Of a stretch of 64,000 nt of DNA, positions 57,457 to 64,000 are shown one piece after another. Both the position numbers and the translations under genes were made by a program. The DNA is from Leidyana gryllorum EB-2025a (taxonomy: Eukaryota > Protista > Apicomplexa). How positions within the stretch are numbered: position 1 is the first letter of the stretch; each line of letters starts with the position of its first letter. Location of the stretch: positions 70,436 through 134,435 of the forward strand of contig JBLWGC010000185.1 in the NCBI GenBank assembly GCA_048772705.1, in the 5' to 3' direction. Below the pieces are notes generated by a model. That model ran no database searches. It was not told where the DNA came from and saw nothing but the letters and a program-made list of their open reading frames with translations.

Positions 57457-58536
57457 ATGAAGACTTGGTGGTTGGCTGCGCTGTGCTCATTATCGGTGCA
57501 CGGGTTTGAGGGAGGGCACTTTCCCTTTAACCTGTTTCACGGCCGGCACAGTCGGAAACCCCACCCGAGCAAATCGTCGCCGAGTCAGAACCGCAATATA
57601 ATTGAGGATGATTTGGGACGTCAGCAGGAGGTCTACTTTGCGAATTTCAGTGAACCTTTACGACTTGCGCTGTTGCGTCACGATGGGCCCGCTGAGCGGA
57701 CTCTATTGCTGTTCGCTCGCGTGGAAGCATTGGCACGCGAACACAATCTATTGCCTCCCGGGGAGACTCCCCGTTTATTTGGTTTATATTGGGACAGCCG
57801 AGGGGCGCCTGAGTTGAAGAAGGACCGGTCGGCGGCTGGTGTGTTGGTCCGGACGATTCCGGATCACGTCTCTGAACCTGACCTTCTGTTTGTTGAGACT
57901 CGGAGGGGCCCACATGTGGTGATGCATCAACACGGAGAGCACAGCAAAATCGGAACTCTGTATTCGACGATTTATAACAGAGTGTTTGACAAATGGAATC
58001 TCGAAAATCGCACTCAGACTTTGGACGGCGACGACGATTATGGGGCCGACAGCGACGATGAGGCCCCCTATGGCGAGGAGGAGAGGCGAAAGTCGTCTGC
58101 CAAGAAGAAGCCGTCATCGACAAAACACGGCAAGAAGCGGTTGCTCAAAAAGGGGGCCACCAGCTCCCCGACTCCGGCTGCAACGACGACGTCCGCGAGT
58201 TCGTTGACGAGTTCGACGTCGACGACGACCACCACCACAAAGGCGACGTCAAAAGGAGGAAAGAAGAAGGAGAAGAAGACAACGACGTCTACGGCCGCCA
58301 CTGGCGGCGACGGGGGTTCATCGGACGCGGGGGGAGCCGAGCCAGAATTGATTGATGAGGAGGACAGCAGTGAGTCGGCCGACGATCGTCAGACCATTCC
58401 GGACGAGGCTCCCGTGTTGGAGGAATATGGAATGGTCCCTTCGACCGCTATCGCGTGGTCGTCAGAGTTGGTGACAGTGTTATATGTACCGATAGCCTCA
58501 ATGCCCCCGAACGTCACTCCAGAGGCATTGAGCTGA
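57457..58536 (+). CDS. GyrI-like protein 3, secreted, with low-complexity insert
   Basis: Signal MKTWWLAALCSLSVHG, then LRLALLRHDGP...FGLYWD...GPHVVMHQHGEHSKIGTLYSTIY...[insert]...APVLEEY...ELVTVLYVPI. Confidence 0.75.
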   Translation: MKTWWLAALCSLSVHGFEGGHFPFNLFHGRHSRKPHPSKSSPSQNRNIIEDDLGRQQEVYFANFSEPLRLALLRHDGPAERTLLLFARVEALAREHNLLPPGETPRLFGLYWDSRGAPELKKDRSAAGVLVRTIPDHVSEPDLLFVETRRGPHVVMHQHGEHSKIGTLYSTIYNRVFDKWNLENRTQTLDGDDDYGADSDDEAPYGEEERRKSSAKKKPSSTKHGKKRLLKKGATSSPTPAATTTSASSLTSSTSTTTTTTKATSKGGKKKEKKTTTSTAATGGDGGSSDAGGAEPELIDEEDSSESADDRQTIPDEAPVLEEYGMVPSTAIAWSSELVTVLYVPIASMPPNVTPEALS

Positions 58537-58671
58537 TTGACTGACTGTCTGTGATGAATGGGTGAGAAGGAGGGGTGAGTGACTCAGTGAGTGACTCAGT
58601 CAGTGACTCACTCAACTTGGCTGACTCACTCAACCTCCCTTACTCACACTCACTGCTCGACGACTCGTATT

Positions 58672-59688
58672 TCAAGCAGCATAGGCGTAGAGTGGTTCTT
58701 CTTCACCGGGGAGGGCAGTGTCGTCAGTGGTGGTTATATATCCAGTCGAGTCGTGTTTGTTGAGGGCGGTGGAGGCGTTGTTGAGGAGAAGGGGAGTGGT
58801 TTCATCGACGGAGACGGGCATTCCTCTTTGTTCTTGGAGTTCGCAGTATTTGGATAGAGAGACGAATCTCCAGCCTTGGCTGGTGGCTTCGGGTATGAGT
58901 TGGGCCATTGCGTTATAGGAGTGTTCTCGGTCGTGTACGACAATGATAGCTCCGCTGTGGAGACGGTGTTTGACGAACCATTTGACAAAGCCTTCCTTCT
59001 TGATTTGGGCGTCCCAGGGGTAAAGGTCTCCGAGTACACATTTGTAGCCGTTGCGTTTGACGACTTGGAGCATCGCGTCATTGAACCATCCTGAGCCGGG
59101 CCTGAACCACTTTCGAGCGAGACGTGGAGCGGTATCGGTTGGCCAGAGTCTTTTATCGGTTTCCCGTAGCTGTCTTTCGAATTCCTCAATAGAGAGTTTG
59201 ATGCTGGGGAAGTCTCCCATCATGTGGTTTCCCGTCTCGCAGCCGATATTCCATATTCTCCGCTGCACTTCTTTCCGATACGCGCCGGTGATGGTGTTGC
59301 CCATAACCATAAAAGTTGCGGTGGCATTGTTGGCCTCGAGCAGATCCAAGTAGTCGGGTGTCCAGTGGCTAATGGCGTCGTCGATCGTGAGGGCGACGAC
59401 CTTTTCGATGGGCGGTTCGAATTTCCAGAGCACATTGGGCCACTTCTTCGCTGCACTTTTGATGAGCCAACGGTGTTGCAGAAACCCTGACATTGCCAAG
59501 AAAAATGCAACGAACAATATAACCCCCACAACGATCAATCCAATAGTGCACCAATCCATTCCGTAATAGTCTTTGTTCTTGGAGGAGCGTTTCGATTGTT
59601 CTTTCGAGCGCTGTTCTTCAAAATCTCCCTCCGCAGAGGTCTCCGAACACGTTTTCGCCCTCTCAATGCTTCTCCGCGTTAAAACCAT
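58672..59688 (-). CDS. Membrane-anchored polysaccharide deacetylase (CE4/NodB family)
   Basis: Single N-terminal TM, then VALTIDDA, ATFMVMG, ETGNHM, WFRPGSG, YPWD and GAIIVVHD. Intronless. Confidence 0.88.
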   Translation of the reverse strand: MVLTRRSIERAKTCSETSAEGDFEEQRSKEQSKRSSKNKDYYGMDWCTIGLIVVGVILFVAFFLAMSGFLQHRWLIKSAAKKWPNVLWKFEPPIEKVVALTIDDAISHWTPDYLDLLEANNATATFMVMGNTITGAYRKEVQRRIWNIGCETGNHMMGDFPSIKLSIEEFERQLRETDKRLWPTDTAPRLARKWFRPGSGWFNDAMLQVVKRNGYKCVLGDLYPWDAQIKKEGFVKWFVKHRLHSGAIIVVHDREHSYNAMAQLIPEATSQGWRFVSLSKYCELQEQRGMPVSVDETTPLLLNNASTALNKHDSTGYITTTDDTALPGEEEPLYAYAA

Positions 59689-59694
59689 TTTTCG

Positions 59695-61247
59695 ATGTCC
59701 TCAGCGGCACTCACTTTTGAGGAGACGGTGCTGAGAGAGCTCGAAGCCTTGGACGCTGCTGATGGACAACAGCAACCCGCCGCCCGCAACAGTAACGTCA
59801 TTGTCATCAGCGGACTGAGCCCCGATGCCACTCCCGTTGACCTCCACCGCCTATTCGCGCATCAAGAACCCCAACTCGTCTCGGTGGACATTGTCAAAGA
59901 CCCGGAAACAGGCCGCAGTGCCGGATACGCCAACATTGTACTCGAGTCACCCGAAGCCGCTGAACAGGCCATCGATGTATTGGGCGGAGAAGGCGCGCGC
60001 GTCTTAGTCGGGAATCACGGGTGAGACCACTGCACTCGGCTCTCTCTCTAAGTAACTATCTCCCTCACACTCGCAGGACGGGCATTGTGCGCTTCAGTCA
60101 GACGGCGAGTCCCAATGACTTGGACCATTACCATTTGTATATCGGAGATTTGGCAGAACCCGTCACCGAAAAGGCCGTTATTCAGTATCTCACTGACCTC
60201 TGGGAGCTCTTTACACCGCCCCCCAACTGTCCAGAAGTACTCAAGTTGGGACCCGTCTCCATCAGACTCCCCCGAGACCCCATCACACGAACCCCAATGC
60301 ACTTCTGCTTTGTCAAATTCGACTATCCCAATGTCCCACAGGTCTTATTGAGGCTCTATGAACAAATGGTGAGCGGCCGCAGCCAACGTGGCGACAAATC
60401 CAACGTGGCGACAAATCCAACGTGGCGACAAATCCAACGTGGCGACAAATCCACCCCCCCCTTGCAGACGGAAGAAGAGACTATGCCCAAGTTTCACGGC
60501 AAAACGCCAGTGATGCGCGAGCTCAAGCCCAGACCGCCAATGACTATCGAAGGCGAACAGCCGCTGTCCAAACAGGAGGCACCAATGTGGTCAAATACCA
60601 CAATTTGCGCGATGGGCTTACCCGATGATGCCAGTGAGGTAAGTTGGCGCAGTGCCACTCAATGCTGCCACACGCTGTGTCTCCCACAGAGAGACCTCCG
60701 GAAACATTTCGGAGCCTTCGGGGAGATAACTTCTGTCAAAGTCGCCGTCATGAAGCATTTGGCACTCATTCGGTTCCGTCAAAACGCGTGTGCACTCGCC
60801 GCAATGACCCAACTGGAGGGTGTCCCCTTCCGAGATCGGGTAAGTCACTCAGTCACTTTCAGTCAGACACACACACATTGTTTGTCGTCGTTCGGCTAAA
60901 ACTGTATTCGTTGTCCACAGATCATTCGTCTGTTCTGGGCGCGGTCGAAGAATCCGGTGCTCACCAAGGATCCAACTCAGGCCATGCAGGAGGCCGAGAG
61001 GGCAACTGCTGACAGGTTGGAGGCCGAACAGTGGGCGAAAGCAATGAAACCCCGGAGACGCGAAGAGACGGATTTAGCGGCTGAAAACTCAAAGAAGGCT
61101 CGAACCGATGCTCGCGACGCTGATTTGACCCCCGCCGAGAGGGCCAAATGGGCCGCAGAGCTGGTCAACTCGCTGACACGTAGTACAAATGTTCAGCCAT
61201 TGATCGCACCTCCGCCACCACCGCCCCCACCGCCACCGGCCACGTGA
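59695..61247 (+). CDS. Three-RRM RNA-binding protein, multi-exon
   Basis: IVISGL...TGRSAGYANI; LYIGDL...HFCFVKF; ICAMGL...FGAFGEI...ALIRF. Poly-Pro C-terminus. Confidence 0.8.
60383..60453. repeat. 17-nt perfect tandem repeat (CCAACGTGGCGACAAAT) x4 in an intron
   Basis: Units start at 60383, 60400, 60417 and 60434, inside the predicted intron 60369-60466. Confidence 0.95.
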
Positions 61248-61342
61248 AAATACCTTTGCGGCCGCAGGTGTGCAGATCTGCCCTGGGTATATAGCTAGGA
61301 TTTATATATTTAGGTTCGAAAAGTTCTTTGGTTGTGGACACT

Positions 61343-63327
61343 ATGGAAGGCGATCTGCGCTCGTACCTGATGAATGCGGTGGCACCGCTCATGGAGTCTT
61401 TCCTCATGGAGGTGTCTATCAGCCGCCCTGCAGACGCTCTCGACGCGCTATCCGCCTTTGTCCGTCGGAAAGAAGCCGAGCGCGCGAGACGTGGCTCACT
61501 GCGATCAAACGATACAGAGCGCCTGATGGCAGAGCCTTCCGAATTGATGCCTGATCGGGCCTCCAACCCCCAATGTGTTTCGTGTGACAGATACCGACGC
61601 CTATTCAGTCATCTACGTCACCATTTTCTTGCTGTAGCCTATGAAATACTACAACTCGCACAAGTCCCGCCATGGCACCTCTCCGACGCTGTAAAAAGGG
61701 CCCGAAAGAGAACCCTTACAGTCTGTCGCGACCTCTCCCGAGGAGCCGACAACGCGGACAATAATGGCGCAATCATCAAAACACGCGGAGCCGCTAGCAC
61801 CTCCTCAAGCTGCACAAGTGACGACGACGACCTGGCAGACTCGCTTCCGGACATTTTCACGAAGCGGCCACAAGGTTGGCGGTCGGGGGTACGCGAGGTA
61901 AGCTACATAAATCTAGACTGACCGTTTTGAGGAGATGATCCCACATCTCTCATGTTGGCACACTCACACTGTGTGCTGCCCGTGTAACACACCCTTGACA
62001 CACCCCTCACACGCCCTTTGGCACACCCCTCACACCTCTTGCAGTCGGTGCGCGGTGAATCCACTCGGGACATGGAAGCTTTCCAATTGCCACACTATCA
62101 CAAGAATAACGAGGAGGCGGGAGTGTTGGCTAAGAATTTGGAAACTTGCGTCATTTTCTCTTCAATTACCGAGCCTGCTCAACGCAGGCGACTCATTGAC
62201 AGCATGAAGCCAATGGTGGGTGTTTGGCGACGGCAGACTACAACAGTAATCTCTCTTCGTTCAGTCGATACCGAAAGACTTTGTTCTATTACGACAAGGC
62301 GACTCCGGAGATGGGATGTATGTGATCGGGAAAGGCACACTACGTGTGGATCGGGAGAGCAATGGGTCAGTACGGCAACTCCGCGTCGTGGGTGCGGGAG
62401 AGGTTGTCGGGGAACTTGCCGTTCTACATCACGCCCCACGTTCGTCGACAGTTACAGCGATGGAAGCGTAAGTTGCAAAGGGGGGAGTGAGCGTGTCGTT
62501 CGGCGAGAGGGAGTGTGTGTGTGTGTGGGAGAGTGTGACCTTCGCACATGATGTAATGGTGTTGGCAGATGTGACTTATGGTTCCTCGATCGCCAATCTT
62601 TTAACCTGTTGGCGCGGGAAGAGGCCAAGAAGAAACGTGATCACTTTGAAAACTTCCTCAAGTCAGTGCCCGTGCTGGAGCCTATGGGAATGTATGCGCG
62701 AGGACGTCTCGCTGATGCCCTCAAGGAACGATCTTTTGCCGTAAGCCGTCTCAAAGAGAATTCCTTCCACATTTGCTCAGGCCGGCGAGATCGTTATCCA
62801 AGAAGGGGAAGTGAAGGCGAGCGCCTTTTACTTAATTATCGAGGGCAAAGCCGTTGCCACACGCGGAAGTACCAAGGTGAGATCGATCCCCTCGTCGCAG
62901 AATCAGTCACTTAAAATCATTACACTCAGTCGCGCGACTACGGTGAGTTCGATTACTTTGGCGAGGTTGCCTTGCTACAAGGCGGGCCGCGCCAGGCCAC
63001 CGTTCAAGCTACTTCACCTCTAAAAGTGAGTACAACCAACCTCTCAGCCTCCCCAATAATAGAGCGTTTCATTCCCATACCATTGTCTCCAAACCACTCG
63101 ACAACCAGTGCAGTTTCCCTTTTCCACTTGTTGGCCCAAAGATCTCCTTTGATGGTCTCCCACACTCTTCACACACTATTCACACACCCTTCACACACAC
63201 TCGTCGCACCCCCTTCACACACACACTCGTCACACAGGTCGCAATGATTGACAAGCGAGTGTTCAAACGGGTGATGAGCGACGTTTTGCAGTCGCTGCGA
63301 GAAGGGATCAAGTCCTACAATGCGTGA
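61343..63327 (+). CDS. cAMP-dependent protein kinase regulatory subunit-like, multi-exon
   Basis: N-terminal RIIa/Dpy-30-like docking helix (YLMNAVAPLMESFLMEVSISRPAD) and two cNMP-binding domains with cassettes VGELAVLHHAPRSSTV and FGEVALLQGGPRQATV. Confidence 0.85.
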
Positions 63328-63401
63328 CTCGCCGGTGTTGTGACTGAATACTCACGGGCATCGGAGAGATCCCTCGTTACGTTATATATATAGTTAGTCA
63401 G

Positions 63402-64000
63402 TCAGTCGAACTGAAGGCTCTCTAGCAATGGATCCGAGAACGATGAGGGCTTTTTCTGTCCAAAAATAGCCATATCGACTCAGAAGAACAATACAGTGAA
63501 CCACCATCAAAACATCACTCTCCCACATCTCCACTCACCTTTGCACTCGAAGACCGATTAACCAAACTCATAATGGAAGGGGTGCTTTGCCCCCCACTCT
63601 TAGCTTTGGCTTTGGCCTTCGATTTCGCTTTCCCTTTCGCTTTCGCTTTGGCGGCCGGAGAAGACTTGGCCTTCACTCGGGCCCGCTTAGCGGGAGGGGC
63701 CTCTTCGATCTCCGCCACATCTTCTTCCCCTTCGTCTCCACTGCTGTCAGTCATAACAGCGAGAAAACGCGCTGACGTTTGACTTCGTCTGTTTCCCGTT
63801 GTCGTCGCCGTTGCCGTCGCCGTTGAGGGCACTGGCGGCTCCTCGGCCATTGACCCGCTGTCATCCTCAGCCATACTGTCGGCCGAGGACGAGAACAGCG
63901 GCCTCTTGACTTGAGGCACACAGCTCACATTGGGGGTCATCGCCCCCAAATCCAAAGCCTCTCCTTCCGAAGCCGTGAGAGCGGCTGTCGTTTCGCACGA
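63402..64000 (-). CDS. 3' end of a hypothetical protein with acidic/Lys-Ala-rich tail (partial)
   Basis: ORF 63515-63955 plus a spliced last exon KKPSSFSDPLLESLQFD*. NLS-like PPAKRARVK. Confidence 0.55.

Noticed and set aside
60383-60453. Direct repeats as a CRISPR array
   Set aside because: No spacers, intronic, eukaryotic context and no cas genes.

Overview
Eukaryotic, extremely compact, intron-containing genomic DNA. GT-AG introns are mostly 30-60 nt and intergenic spacers are often only 6-60 nt. The gene content and architectures suggest an apicomplexan or related alveolate, possibly gregarine-like (inference only): multi-TM class I PDEs, LSD1-type Zn fingers, a secreted EGF-repeat adhesin, La+DUF3223, and a CBM+sucrose-phosphatase-like HAD. 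About 29 protein genes were reconstructed by hand across introns. They include IPI1/TEX10-like, a DDX42-like protein with all catalytic motifs eroded, a TerD-like protein, Cpn10, DGAT1, EMC4, UBC12, PRP4, La, an RBCC/TRIM-like protein, RPS27, two tandem PDEs, a large helical-repeat protein, a GST-like protein, three tandem GyrI-like proteins, a CE4 polysaccharide deacetylase, a 3-RRM protein and a PKA regulatory subunit. The most interesting signals are: (i) a GST + 3x GyrI-like (two secreted) + deacetylase island at 54.7-59.7 kb with a structured non-coding spacer; (ii) a ~2100-aa protein with six copies of an unrecognised W-x-RG...TPY..L...P(I/F)D(F/L)R motif; (iii) a sense-oriented intronic hairpin motif CACAC-ACGY-GTGTG-CT shared by unrelated genes; (iv) head-to-head genes with start codons 6-39 nt apart, three pairs sharing CAAAAATT; (v) the DDX42 pseudo-helicase. 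No rRNA, tRNA, CRISPR array or transposon was recognised. Exon boundaries and family calls come from reading the sequence by eye, with no database searches.
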